The notes under the pieces were generated by a model, which saw only the letters and a program-made list of their open reading frames with translations, had not been told where the DNA came from and made no database searches. From assembly GCA_951406725.2 (NCBI GenBank), contig OX597817.1, forward strand, positions 55,366,001 to 55,430,000: DNA of 64,000 bases, given 5' to 3'. Made by a program: the position numbers and the translations under genes. Positions 25,715 to 39,556 of this stretch are shown piece after piece (within the stretch, counting starts at the first letter, position 1; every line of letters starts with the position of its first letter). Source of the DNA: Octopus vulgaris (Eukaryota).

Positions 25715-27780
25715 AATTCTTTTTTTCTTTATTGGTTGCAACAATAGCAAAGGTCAATATAAAGACAACATGGATCTATATAAACACATATAAACATAAA
25801 AAAAAGACGAAAAAGAAAATCTTAACAAAATTTCGCTTTGTGCCCCATCCAAGGGCACCGAGGGTACCTTGACAATCCCTAGTCAACCAAATCACTTGTA
25901 GTGTTCTTACCGCATCCGGAATTTTCAGTTTTTAGGCTTATGCTTAAAGGAGTTACATTCACTCGTGCTTCTCTCTGTACATTTGCCAACAATTTAGAGG
26001 GGCTGCGATCACCCCACCACCCACCATTATTCACCATTCCATTTGAAGTGGAAGCATTCAATAAGCGCTAGTCCGTAAAGGAAAATGTCTGTGCCCAGGC
26101 CTTCCACCAACAAACCCTTTCACTATAGGCGTCAGACAGAAGGCAGCTGCTTGCTCTTTCTAGTCGAAGTACGGCATTGAGAGGAGGAGTCAGGCTGAAT
26201 ACTTTCCTGGTTCGTGTGTTTTGCTTTTGTTGTTGTGGGTTGCGTTGTGGATTCGCATGTCATGCTGTTACTACAATTTTGGTGCAGGTGCCACTTCTGT
26301 TCCCCCTGTTCTCTTCACAACTGCTGTTACTGATGTTGCCTCTGATCCTTTGTTGTTAAGCAACAAAACGGGTAAGGTTGATTAGGTGATGGCCTAGATC
26401 TTAGGGGCGGGAGACCCCAGACCTTGGAAAAAAAAAATTTGACCGTCTTGTTGTAGTCGAGGGCTCTTCGTTGACGCCCGACACCACTGGGAGGTGTCCC
26501 TCGAATTCGCTGGAAATGGAGATCTCCAGGTCCATATTCTTAAACGGCTGCTGCTGCTGCTGCTGATGATGATGATATTGTTCCTGCCCCTTTAACTGCT
26601 GTTGTTACTGCTATTACTATTGTACGCAGCAATTGTTAAAGCAATTATGTCAGCATCAACGGTAGAGTGGAGGTTTCCAATGTCTTGTTCTTTGATAATT
26701 ACAGAGCGCTCTGAAGTGGCCGTCCATAACAGAAGTTGACTCTTGGCCTTCTGCCCTCAGCCGCAACACACAGCTCCATTCAATTGGGCAGGTGGATAAC
26801 TTCTTCAATCTGTTCCACCTCTTCCGGTTTGATATGGAAGAGGTTCCCCACGGTGATCTAAGACAAAATCTCCTTCTTTCCGTTTATTTCACCTCATTAA
26901 GTTATCACTACAATCCAAAGTAAGAGGGCCACAACCATCAGATGTCCAAACCAAGTGGAACTCTATCTTAATGCGACAGGTCATTTCCCCCTAAAGAGTG
27001 AGCACCCTGTTGTATACATGAACTATGTAGTGCTACAGGACGAGGGCCCTTTTGCTTTGGTCACATGGTTTAAATATCTCCATATTTCTTTCAATACTCT
27101 TTTCCCTTGGGTGGGTGTCACTGCTTCTAGCGTTGGCATTCAGACGACACACAGGGATACAACACCGTCTTCGGTGCCATTGTTGCCAAAACCACAGCGG
27201 GGATGGCAACCTGTGCTCTCCTCCATTTCACTAGGTGTTTCACCTGTTTCAGTTGTACCTGTTTGTCATTTAAGAAGTGCAAGAAATAATGGGTTGATTT
27301 CATCGCCATCTCAACAAAAGTTTGTCTCTCCAACCCTTACTGTGTAGACGTCACCGTGGTCGCTGTATTGTTGTTGCTGATACTATTAATAATGTTACGA
27401 TCGCTGTCCTTGTTGAAGCTGCCACAATTACAGTTGTTATTGTTGTTGTTGGTTTTGTATTTGCTCTTGTGGCTTCTGTTGTTCCTGTGGCTCTTATTCT
27501 TGTTTTTATGGATTTTAATTTTGCTGCTCCTGCTGTCTTTGTGGATTGTTTAGTTAAAATAATTATCGCAAATTCTGTTGCTGTTACTGCTGTTCTCGTC
27601 CTTTTTCTTTCTCCTGAAACTAGTAGTTCAGTGTTATTTTCCTGCTATCTCCTCATTTAAACCGTTCATGGGCGTAAAAACCACCTAAAGCCAACGAATA
27701 AAATGCAAACGCAAGTAAACAAATATTACAATAATTGAACCTTTTAGAGCACAGATTTGAAGCAGGCAAAGCAAAGATCC
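25715..27780 (-). mobile_element. Decayed Tx1/L1-type ORF1-like element ending in AATAAA plus A-rich tail
   Basis: Zinc-knuckle-like remnant VAAEGRRPR(V)NFC..GHFRALC near 26700-26780; AATAAAGAAAAAAA at ~25716-25733 on the minus strand; many stops and frameshifts. Confidence 0.45.
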
Positions 27781-27889
27781 AAAGTTAATGCTTCAACAAA
27801 AATTTACAATTCTGAACAAAATATTTTCAATGATATCAAGTAAACATTTGGTAGCAGATGTGGCACACCTCCAACACAAACGGCGACGA

Positions 27890-27897
27890 TGATGATG

Positions 27898-27978
<81 letters not shown>
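27890..27978. repeat. (TAA)n/(TGA)n microsatellite
   Basis: Directly visible. Confidence 0.95.
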
Positions 27979-27979
<1 letters not shown>

Positions 27980-27980
27980 A

Positions 27981-28535
27981 TGCCATCATACAATACTAGG
28001 CAGTCGCTCTCATGGCTTCTCATCTTAACTGATTGGAAGTGTTGTCATGTACATTGTTTTGTCTTGGTATAAAAGATGGGCTACAGCAAATATTCTGTTC
28101 AATACCACAGATTTGCTTGTCAGTTGTTTGACCATAACCAGTTGAGCATGTCCCTTAGTGGCTGACGATATGTGCATCTCTGATCATGAGCAAGAGTAAT
28201 GGAGGAGCATCATAGCCGTGGGTTGAAAGGAATTCTTTGGGGTTTGGATAATTCCCCTTTGGAAGCATGGGTGGTTCGTTCAACATCCTTAAACAATCCT
28301 TATTCAGGGACCTTTTGAGCGGGATGAGCTACTCGACCAGAAGAAGATTCTAACTGGGCCCCACCTACAAGGTCATGTGCTGTTTATCTTGACATGAGAT
28401 CACAATGTCGCGCACATATGGTAGTGATGCATGTCCTGGTGTACCCTTATCAGACAGGTGGTCATGATGGGTATTACTGGGCTTCGTATAGTTTACCCCA
28501 GTGTCACTTTGATAGCATGCACTGCTCTCTCACTC
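27981..28535 (+). mobile_element. Non-LTR retroposon 3' segment embedded in (TAA/TGA)n; second copy at 59072-59562 (-)
   Basis: The two copies share the same 3' end (CTCACTC then AATAATAAT) but differ in 5' truncation point. Confidence 0.75.
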
Positions 28536-28899
28536 AATAATAATGATGATGATGATGATGATGATGATAATGACGACGCATTCACTACACAGGCAAAAGT
28601 TCCAAGATGCTGTGGATCGAAACGATCGAATGTACTTCAGAGCTTGAAAGTTAACTCGTTTTATCTACTCTCTGGTGGGGGATAGGATGAAACCAAATGT
28701 TCAGCCTATTTGGCCTTAAATAGATAAAACCTGTGAAATGTCTGTGTCACATGATTTCTGCGAGTTGCGCTTCATCCGCAGCAGGCACCCTTCAACTAAT
28801 GTTGAGCCAAATCTTGTCGTTACTGCTGTAAGAAAAGACTGATCAATCTGTCATTGGCGTTGTAAATAGATAGCAGTCTCAACGCCAGTGCCATATTTT

Positions 28900-30345
28900 T
28901 CGTCTCAAGTCGAAAACTGCAGTTTATGGCGACTTCATAGGACATCCATGTACTGTTCGATGTCTAAATCAATATTTATAATTATATTTGACTCTTCTGG
29001 ATTTAATTAAGAAGGAACTTGTTTTCCAACAAAAATTCAAGGCTTCTTCTTTGGAATGTAGAAATCGAAAACAATGTCACATTTTAAACCTGAGAAAAGT
29101 CTTGAATATCTTTACTGTTCCGCTTACAGATTCTATTTGTAATGTGCGAATCAGATGGTTGATTTCTTTATCTGAAAATTCAAGTTGATCCAAACTGACA
29201 GTTAAACATTTACTTACAAAACCAAGTGTTCCAATTATTATCGATATAAATGTAAATTTGTAATCCGGATATAGGAGCTGGAGGTTTCGAAGTAGTTGTC
29301 CATAGTCATCTTCTTTCTCTTTGATTTTCAAAGAGACATTCACCTCAGTAGGACAGCTTACATCTATGGTGATACGTTCGCTTTCTTGTCTGTCTCAAAC
29401 AACAATATCCGGCCTGTTATGCTTACACTTGACAGATGTTTTGATGAGACTGTTCCGTCAGTATTCCTTGTGTTGATATTTGTGTACGTATTAAATAACG
29501 AGAGGATTCTCTATATTTATTCCCGGACAGTCTTTTTTCCGAATAACATTGTGTATTTTTTTTGCGATAACATCATGCTGCATAGGGAGGTAGTATATTG
29601 ATGACATTTTGGGAAGCTGCTAATCAGAAGTGTGATGTCTTACACAGAATAATGACATAATCTATATCTACGGTTGCATCTTGGAACTCCAAGGGCTTGG
29701 CTGACTCTTTTTCTGATTAGGTATTTAGTGGCAGTCTCCTGTTCTTGGATTGCAAATGGATAACCTTCAAAGTGTGATGTGATGTAGTGGTCACGAGTCA
29801 AAGAGAAGCTTTACTTCATGACAATGTTAGAATCTTCTTCAAGTCTACGAGAACCATAACCATGCATGGTCTTCTCTTTTTCTTTTTTGTTATGGTATGC
29901 TGAGCGTTTCACCTCCAGGTCTTCCTAGAGATATGCTAATCCGGCCGATTTGTGATTGCATGGGTGATCATCAGGAAGAGAGTACTTCCCGAGGAGTTCA
30001 CTTCCAACACTTTTCAGCACTAAGTTAATATATCTGTTTTTGCTGCTGTTGCTTAGCAATTGCTGTCTGAGAGAGACTATTCGACATTCAAATGTTGTCT
30101 GCACTGTTTTCAAGCTTCTACCTTCTTTGTGTCTTCCTAGGTAGAGCCTGCTGATATCACTATTTTTTTTGTGGAGATTTCCAGTTGGTGTTAGAATTCT
30201 GCGGGTTTTAATGTCTTTGGAGTAGATTTTTTTACAGACCAGTCAAGTATCCCAAATGTTGCAATCAGGAATGGTATTACAAATGCATTGTCAGATATCG
30301 ACCTGTTGTAAGGAGAGAGTTCTGGCTGCCATATTTTTCTTAGTC
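28900..30345 (-). mobile_element. R4/Dong-like LINE remnant (thumb, CCHC finger, RLE, C-terminus); 3' boundary uncertain
   Basis: IWQPELSPYNR..NAFVIP...TFGILDW; HNRPDIVV; NVSLKIKEKEDDYGQLLRNLQLLYPDYKFTFISIIIGTLG. Confidence 0.8.
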
Positions 30346-30723
30346 TGGTGTATATGTATGTGTGTATGTATATAGGTATGTATACGCATATGTACATATA
30401 TATATATATAGGTTGGGACAAATTTTCATCACGTTTGTTCCACCAGGGTCGACTTAGAGTTAAATAGCATGAGACACAGCAATAATATATTTAAACAAAC
30501 GTCAATAACGTGCAAAGAATTCAGAAAGTCCAAGGGACGTCACTAAATACCGAAATGCTTTTGGTGTGTGATTCTACCGATTCTGCCGCGAACCACTATT
30601 GAAATCTATTAGTAACAACACAAACAATCATTGTGAATTTTATCTGAATTATAACATTAGAAAATGACAACTACTATATTCATACTAATTACATTAATCA
30701 TTAATTATCTGTTATTATTATTA

Positions 30724-30793
<70 letters not shown>

Positions 30794-31303
30794 CATTATT
30801 GTGCCCACTTTATCATTGCTATTATTAAAATTAATATTACTATCATTATAACTGTGACTATAATTATCACGACAATTATCAATATTGCAAGTGGAAGCGC
30901 TGTTTGTCACATCTGTCTGTCTGTCTGTCTGGTAGGCTGTCTCTCTGTTTCTCTCTCTCTCTCTCTCTCTCTTTCTTTGCTCTCTACTTCTCATTCCTTT
31001 TCAAACCACACCACCAGCAACACTACAAACACTATCATACTGTCGGTACATCATTTAAAAACCCTACACTTCTTCAAGTTCTCCTCATCACCGTATTTCC
31101 TTGCTTCTCACTTATCCCGCCCACCCAATCCGGCTTCTTCACTACCGCTGCTTACCAGCCGCCTCGCTGCCGCCGCCCCCACCCCGCTGACTTTCCCTAT
31201 CACATCTCTCATTCTTTCCTCGCTCTTCCAGCTTCTTCCACCATCACCATTCTACCGCCTCCTACTCTCAATCTCTCCGCCTCTCTTTCTCTCTCACTCA
31301 TAG

Positions 31304-31361
<58 letters not shown>

Positions 31362-31493
31362 ACCGTCTTCCATACCTTATATTTATTGTTTATTGCTACC
31401 ATTTTCATACGTTTACTATCCCCTCCTATACGTACCTCCGCTACCTTCGTCCTCACATTCCGGGACTCCATGTGTAACCACACACTCACACAG

Positions 31494-31596
<103 letters not shown>

Positions 31597-31945
31597 TACA
31601 TACGTACAAACATACATACAAGCCCACACCAACGCAACCTTCCAATATGACCAGAATTACATTTTATTTAAATTTTTATTGTCTTTCCTCTGTTTATTTA
31701 TTAATCTAACTTTTTTTCTTCTTTTCGCTGTAATTTTGATGCATATAACTCCTTCCGCATCACCACAATTATTATAGCAGAGTTATAACATACTTAAATA
31801 TATATTTTTTTTCTTCAGTACACGAATAATGTATACAAACACACTGATAAACATAGTCATATATTCATACACACATATGTATGCACACTCACATATATAC
31901 ACATATATATACACGTATATATGTATATACACAAGAGTGTGTGTT

Positions 31946-31984
<39 letters not shown>

Positions 31985-32140
31985 GTGCATATATATGTGT
32001 GTGTATATATATATATATACATATAAATACACGAATATATGTATATACATATATACATATACATATATATATATGTATATATATATATGTATATATATAT
32101 ATGCGTGTGTGTGTGTATTTACATTACACACAAAAAATCC

Positions 32141-32553
32141 TCATCATCATCATTGTTCGACCGTGGTCGAGACAATGGAATTTACCATGCTACGCCAAAC
32201 TTCACGGTCTATTACGGAGGTCCTGTTGCTTGATGCCTGTATCCCTGGAGATTACATCAGGGTAGGAGAGTGTGCGTTCTCTGGTAATGCGAGTAGATGG
32301 CTTCCAGAGGAGAAGAGTAAAAATTGCCTCGTTTTCAGCTCTACAACAATGTCCAGCAAACTGGATTCTCCTACCTTTCACAAGAGATGACACAGGTGGT
32401 AGTTTCCCATATATTTGCATTTTGGTTGGATGACTCTTCCACGAGAAATTTTGAGCTCTCATAAGGAGGCGAGTGTAGGTTCCATCCAACCGCCTCTCAA
32501 GCTTCTTTGATAACGTCCAGGTTTCTGAGCCATAGTAGTAGAATTGGTTCGAT
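32141..32553 (-). mobile_element. RTE-type LINE 3' end with (TGA)n tail
   Basis: DGTYTRLLMRAQNFSWKSHPTK..IYGKLPPVS....RRIQFAGHC.R (post-RT thumb region); ends AATGATGATGATG. Confidence 0.85.
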
Positions 32554-33227
32554 ACAAAAAATAGAGTAAGGCCTTGTACGCTTCTGTTTCAAGCGTGCAC
32601 AAAACACAAACGCGCAAGCTCAAAAATCCTTTCTCTCTCTTTCGCGTGTGCGTGCACACATGTAAATTTCTATATCACTTGATTGAATTAATCAACACAC
32701 GGTCATACATACAAATATCCTCGCACACACACATATGTATATTATTGATGTATTTTACATCATATTATATTATGTTATATAATATAACATTGTATTATAA
32801 TATAATCTGAAATTTCATGGAGAGCTACTTCGAGGGTTTCGTTTCCGGTCATCAGCTGATAGAAGAAAGAAGAACAAAATCAAGATAACAGAAGAGATAT
32901 TTAGCTGATATTTGAAGTGAAGGAATAAACACTTAAAACTCCGATGAAGTTTCTTTATCTTTCTGCATAACCAAATGTCTGTTACGCCCTACCATATATA
33001 AATAAATAAGAAAGTTAGGGGTTGTCCAACCCACTAAGGGATAATACCTATCCAATAAGCTGTTGGTATAATACTTAATTATTAATACACAAGTGTTTTT
33101 TATTGCATTGCAATTAACTTACCTATTGTATTAAATGGGTGAAGGTAAAGAGATATTTTACCATTAATTTGTATCGCAAATAAGAAAATGGAGAAGCACA
33201 ATAGTTGGTTTCTCTCAAAGCTCTTGT

Positions 33228-33338
33228 AGGCCCGAGGTTATAGTAGAAGACTAATACCCAGGGTGCCACGCAGTGTGACTGAACCTGGAACCACGTGGTT
33301 GGGAATCAAGCTACTTACCACACAGCTACGCCCGCGCC
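33228..33338 (-). mobile_element. SINE family B, 5' part
   Basis: GTGCCACGCAGTGTGACTGAACC...CTTACCACACAGC on the plus strand. Confidence 0.8.
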
Positions 33339-33373
33339 TATATATAAATATTTGCCAATGTATGCGTCTGTGT

Positions 33374-33412
<39 letters not shown>

Positions 33413-34261
33413 ACATGCCATGCGTACACATATATTCATACACGCTTATACACACAAACACACTCATATTACCATCAGCCGTGCACAGTTTTTCCTCAAG
33501 TTTGTGTTAGAGCCGAAATAAATAAAATCCGAGCGAATTCTTCCATGTCGATCGCCTTTAGTTTATCTCGGTATGTTGAATAATCCAGAATTGCTATATC
33601 TACCTCTTGAAATGTAGAGCAACAATGAAATATTGCACAATCTTAGATTTTCTCGGAAGTGTCCTGGTTGTAACAAAACGAACGTTATATAATTAATCAA
33701 AGCGAATTCTTTTTTATATGCTTTAGATTTTTCAATATCGATAGCAATTCGCGCAGAATGGAATTTACAATATTCTTCAATTTTTTTGTTCTCCCCATTT
33801 AGGATTTAAAACAATGTATTTAAGAAATATAGCTTAAGAATTCATACTTGTACAGATATGCTCCGAAGTAAATCTTCAGCTACTTCGATGTAAGATAGTG
33901 GTATGAAAATGGGCACGTAGATTTATTCATATAATTACATCAATTTATATATGTGTGCATGCACATAGTTGTGTACTTAATGAATCTGTTGACGTAGGAG
34001 TGTATCTGCGTCTACGAAATATATATGATGTCAATAAGGATTAGCTTGTTATTAGAAAAAATTTAGTTCCAACTAAATGCATGGAGTATTACTATTTCTT
34101 CATGTTCTTTCGCTCTCGCACACAAACACTCGATAATTCTTGTGACTATACTAAATTAATTCCAGCTTGACAAGCTTCTATACACCCTAGAAAATGCTTT
34201 GTCTGTAGTTCTCAAATAGGAAGAGATGTTTCAGCCGATCTCCAATGGAAGGAGACGCTGT

Positions 34262-34305
34262 CAATCGCTGAGGAGCCGGAATCCCGCCGAAACACTGTCC
34301 TAGCC
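34262..34305 (+). ncRNA. Hammerhead ribozyme core with broken stem I
   Basis: CTGAGGA-gccgg aatc ccgcc-GAAA-c act g-TC: all core nucleotides present, one mismatch in stem II, stem I poorly paired. Confidence 0.5.
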
Positions 34306-35565
34306 TGTTAACAGTTTGGTGTGCCTTTGCAAAAGAATGTCTATCAGGAGATATTTTCCTCGGGGAGAAAATATTGCAACGAATGCCTTTTAAAATTTCT
34401 TTTGGTGGCACTTATAAGAAATAAATATGCACATCTTTATACACAGACCTCACTCTCACAAAACACATCACACATACACAAAGATATATATATGTGTGTG
34501 TGTGTGTATGTATTATAATTCCATACCCTATAATGTTTTATATATATATACATCAATCATTTTATAACATATTAAATTATAGTATATACATACACACACA
34601 CGCGCACACATAGACACACACAGATATATATATATATATATTCACATGTGTGTGTGTGTGGGGGGGGTGCATGAGATGTTTTTAAAACACAATAAATGCT
34701 ATAATTTTCGAGAAAGAAAGAGAGGTGCGAGTGAGAGTGATGGTGGAAGAAGATAAAGACGGAGTGATCGGAGAGAAGAGAGTAATTTAAAGGAGAAATA
34801 AAGTTAAGAAAATGTAATAGAAATGGAGATAGGTGATTGAAACTTTTGGAAAATATATGTAGGCTTTTTATTTATAAATTTGAAATGCAAAAATTACATA
34901 TAAAATGCATTATAATATATATGTAACCAATTTGAGATACCTTGAAAAGCAGTCTTGCACAAACTCCAGGAAGCTTTGGGATAATTTTACCAAAAATATG
35001 GAAAATATGTAGAATATGTGAAAATGATATTCAGCTTGTAATTGTAATTTTGAAGCAATGTAAGAAGATAAGTATAAGGAGAGAGGAAAATATTCATGGT
35101 ACCACAGAGTTAAGAGGAAGTGTGTAAAATCTAATAAGAAACAAAATTCAATAGAATTCAGCTGTTATGACGTAAAATAATAGGCAGTAACAATTGCTAA
35201 GCGTGCCTCCAAAACTTTACAACATAGGGTCTTCGGGTTCTTTTTATGAAAGGAAGAACTCTCACTTAAACGCAAATCACACTGCCCATAAAAGGGGAGG
35301 AAGAGCTATAATTTGTATGGTCTATCGAGTTCGAAGATTATTCGAACTGGATATGAATTTGTCAAATGCAACCCATCCAAATATACAGATAAATACGCGG
35401 GAAACACGTATTTTTGTCTGATGGTATACTCAAGTTGGTAAGGACGTACCTTAAACGTATTGTTCGTTAACTTGGAGATTGTATGCACCAATATACAAAC
35501 ATGCAAACACACACACACTCACACACACACACACACACACACAATATGTATGTATGTGTATATTT

Positions 35566-35612
<47 letters not shown>

Positions 35613-35620
35613 CATATATA

Positions 35621-35810
35621 TAGGGAGAGTTTACGAAAAAACAAAAGAAGAAGACAGGTGGTGTACAAAACAAGCAGATGTATTAGTATAACACTCAGGA
35701 ATAGAAAAAGTATTTTACGTTTCGAGCCTACGCTCTTCTACAGAAAGGGACACAGAAAAAAAACAAGGAGAGAAAAAATTTGTGTAGTGGCTAACGATCT
35801 ATCATGGCGA
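35621..35810 (-). mobile_element. Short TA-flanked element with minimal hammerhead-like motif (35712-35747)
   Basis: Minus strand cttt-CTGTAGA-agagcgtaggctc-GAAA-cg-TA-aaat; homologous to 2106-2260; a 20-bp end stub (AGGGAGAGTTTACGAAAAAA) recurs at ~20681. Confidence 0.65.
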
Positions 35811-36347
35811 CTATATTTATGTATATGTATTTGTATATATATTTGTGTATGTATTTGTATATATATATCTGTTTCTCAAATTTTGGATGAAAATTTAACC
35901 AGTCAAAATTCTATTCAGTTGATAATGTTTCATATTTGATCTTTAATATCTTTCCAGTTTTCAACTATTATCAATTTATCGATTTTGGTTCCCCAGTGTA
36001 TGATGGTGCATTTAAAACAGAGTGAAGCAATAGGAAGATCCAGCTCCCGATTATTTATTGAACATATTGTTTTATATAGAGTAATGGTTACACACACATA
36101 CACACATAATAAACCTGCTTATGTAGTCTTTCTCTATTGGAATATTCCAAAAGATCATAATGTAATTCCTTGTATTGACCTTTTACATGTTCAGATGATT
36201 TTCCACCCAAAGTATTTCGAAATGCAAGTTTATATATTTATATATGTTTTGTAGTTTAAATTGGATGCGAAATGAAACAATTGTAGGTGAAAATGATAAT
36301 TAATTAATCAATTAATTAATTTGTATCCATGGGATCTCTCCGTTTTC

Positions 36348-36406
<59 letters not shown>

Positions 36407-36408
36407 TA

Positions 36409-36637
36409 ATGGGAACTGCTCATATCCTACGCAAAATACTTTCTATGTATCTCAAGTTTTAAAGCAAACATAATTTTCTTATGTTTTTTTAGACATTCAC
36501 TAATACAACAATAAGTACAAAACGAAATATATGGCACCGTAGGCATAACACCAGCATGAACTTCCAAATTGTTGTCTCTTGAGGTCCCTTGATGAGATTT
36601 GGAGCCATCTTGTACAAATGTAAAACAGAAGTCAAAC

Positions 36638-36638
<1 letters not shown>
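36409..36638 (+). mobile_element. R4/Dong-like LINE, extreme 3' end, inserted within (TAA)n
   Basis: MGTAHILRKILSM plus 3' UTR homologous to 55291-55520 (-); (TAA)n on both sides. Confidence 0.85.
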
Positions 36639-36692
<54 letters not shown>

Positions 36693-36775
36693 TAATAATA
36701 ATAATACATATATATACATACATGTATACCTATAGATACATATATATGCGTACATATACATATATGTGTGCACAT

Positions 36776-36813
<38 letters not shown>

Positions 36814-37053
36814 CTGTGTGTGTATGTGTGTGTACCGATCAGTTTGTATGTTCAGGGAACGAAAGAGAGATTGGGGGATTCATTATTTGAGACAATCGTT
36901 AATTTCATTTAAGTAATAAGAAAATACCCTCAAAATAAAGTGAAACGATATTCAATGGTTCAGCATGAGCGGTCACTTGGAGTTTCCTGTCCACACTGTC
37001 CAGGCGACTGACGCAGTGGCTCATAAGGCTTTCTCATAAGGCTGATCTACCAT

Positions 37054-37219
37054 AGGCGCAGGAGTCGCTGTGTGGTAAGTAGCTTGCTTACCAACCACAT
37101 GGTTCCGGGTTCAGTCCCACTGCGTGGCACCTTGGGTAAGTGTATTCTACTATAGCCTCGGGTCGATCAAAGCCTTGTGAGTGGATTCGGTAGACGGAAT
37201 TTGAAGGAAGCCCTTCGTA

Positions 37220-37299
<80 letters not shown>

Positions 37300-37523
37300 T
37301 GTGTGTGTATGCGTGTGTGTGTGTGTTTGTCTGTGTTTGTCCCCCAGCATCGCTTGACAACAGATGCTGGTGTGTTTACGTCCCCGTAACTTAGCGGTTC
37401 GGCAAAATGGACCGATAGAATAATTACCAGGCTTACAAAGAATAAGTCCTGGGGTCGATTTGCACGATTAAAGGCGGTGCTCCAGCATGGCAGCAGCCAA
37501 ATGACTGAAACAAGTAAAAGAGT
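37054..37523 (+). mobile_element. SINE family B, full length
   Basis: Complete head, CORE-like segment, internal (TA)(TG) tract and tail. Confidence 0.9.
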
Positions 37524-37559
37524 ACCAGCAGAGAATACAACTTCGCTGGATATTTTTCG

Positions 37560-37790
37560 TTAGACTCATGGAACAAATAACAATGTCTACAAAAACAAGA
37601 CGAACAGACTTGATAGATTTCTTAGAATTACTGCAGATTTCTATAGAATGACATTTCTGAGAAAGGTGAATTTCAAAGGTATATTGGCTTGCACCCGTGT
37701 TGAACTTGTGATTGAAGATATCGTCTTGGAATCCACGCATTCAAAGAATAGAAGCTGGTTATAGTATTTGTAATAAAGAGTCGTTGAGAT
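37560..37790 (-). pseudogene. Possible reverse-transcriptase remnant (Penelope-like?)
   Basis: RGFQDDIF (YxDD-like) followed in another frame by NIPLKFTF; heavily decayed. Confidence 0.3.
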
Positions 37791-38047
37791 GTGAATTGTG
37801 CTAAAGATAGAGACCTAAGTAAGCTGTTAATTTGCTTGGAAGATGTTTTTATAAAGTTTACTCGGTTCAGTCAGTGAAGGTCAACAGTGGCCTATAACAT
37901 GGCTGCCATTATGTGAGTTTATCTGTTGTGTGACAAACATATGGGCGTCCTGCAGAAGCACTTGTTTACATGTGCTTTTGTATGTATATATGTATGCGTT
38001 AATTATGTATTTATTTATCTCTCTCTCTCTCTATATATATATACCGT

Positions 38048-38091
<44 letters not shown>

Positions 38092-38095
38092 TATA

Positions 38096-38199
<104 letters not shown>

Positions 38200-39556
38200 T
38201 ATATACATACATATGTCTATATAACGGTATGGATATATGTATCTAACTACGTATATGTGTGTGTGTATATATATATATATAGAGAGAGGGAGAAACAGAT
38301 AGATACATATATACTACATTTAAATGTATGCGTATTTGTATATAACATACACAAATGAAACAAACACGTCACATTCACGCGCGCACATTTCGCGCATGCT
38401 CATTCGCTGGAACGCAGATACTCAGGTATAAATGGGGTATAGGGGTATAGAGCAGTAATGTAGAACAGTTTAATTGAAGCATCTTTTTCGGTATTCCGCT
38501 CCCTCTGAATAAAAATCCTAGGTTTACAACATTTCTGGGTTTTTTACCCTGCCATTCATCTACTTCTCTATTCATCTACCCGTCCATTCTGCTACCTCTC
38601 TAGTCATCTACCCGTCCATTCCGCTACCTCTCTATTCATCTACCACTCCATTTATCTACCCCTCCAGTCCAGGGAGGGGTAGATGAATGACATAGCTTCC
38701 TCAAGCTCTTTTTGGCTGCTAAACATCCTGAGCTCAAATCTCAAATAGGGTTTCATTTCCGACATGTATCTATGACAGTACCCCATAATACATATGGAGA
38801 AGGGTGGAAGACCCTACTCACGGGCGGACACGGGCTATCAGAAGGAAAACTCATCGCGACAGGGTAAACTCTGCCATGGCATCTAAGAGTGAGTGTATGA
38901 AGATGAAAAATAGAAGGGTACAGACAGGTACCCCATTCTACATTAATCGAAATGAACAGCAGAAGATGGAATGTTTCAGAATGCTTGGAAAATTTTCTTG
39001 CAAAGAAGAGACCTGTCTTACACGCGCACACTCACACGTGTCAGTAAATATGTATGTGTATATGGATATGTGCACACATATATATTATGTGTTTGTGCGT
39101 GTGTGTGTGTGTTTGTTTTTTTGCTTGTGTGTGTGTGTGTGTGAATGTTTATGTGTGTGTGTGCTTCTGATTTGAAAAAGATACAGATACTTATTTACAT
39201 CTTAAATTCGCTTAAATGAATACATTTACATCTCCATCAATTCGCTTAACTGAATACAGACATAAAGCGACACCCGTGACTTTAAAATTAAAAGTGTAAA
39301 GCACTAAATACAGTTATAGACTGGAATTCAGACTGGTTTTGAAGGGGTGAACAATATTGATATTAGAACATCAGAATGGGGAAACGGGTGGCATTCCACT
39401 GTGTTACTTGAACTTAGAATGTATAAAGCCGAAATAATTGCTATTAAACCAACTATATCACACAGCCATTGTCCTTCAAAGGACAAACTAAATGGTATAA
39501 TAAAGCTATAACAATTAACCATCACTACATTAAAAATATATGTGCATATATATTTC

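Noticed and set aside
28160-28190. CTGACGA as a hammerhead core in the TAA retroposon
   Set aside because: No stem II followed by GAAA and NUH at suitable spacing.
30410-30440. Mariner-like terminus after (TA)n
   Set aside because: No matching second TIR found.
33480-33620. Possible PLE RT N-terminal remnant (AILDYSTYRDKL, minus strand)
   Set aside because: Too short and decayed to support by eye.
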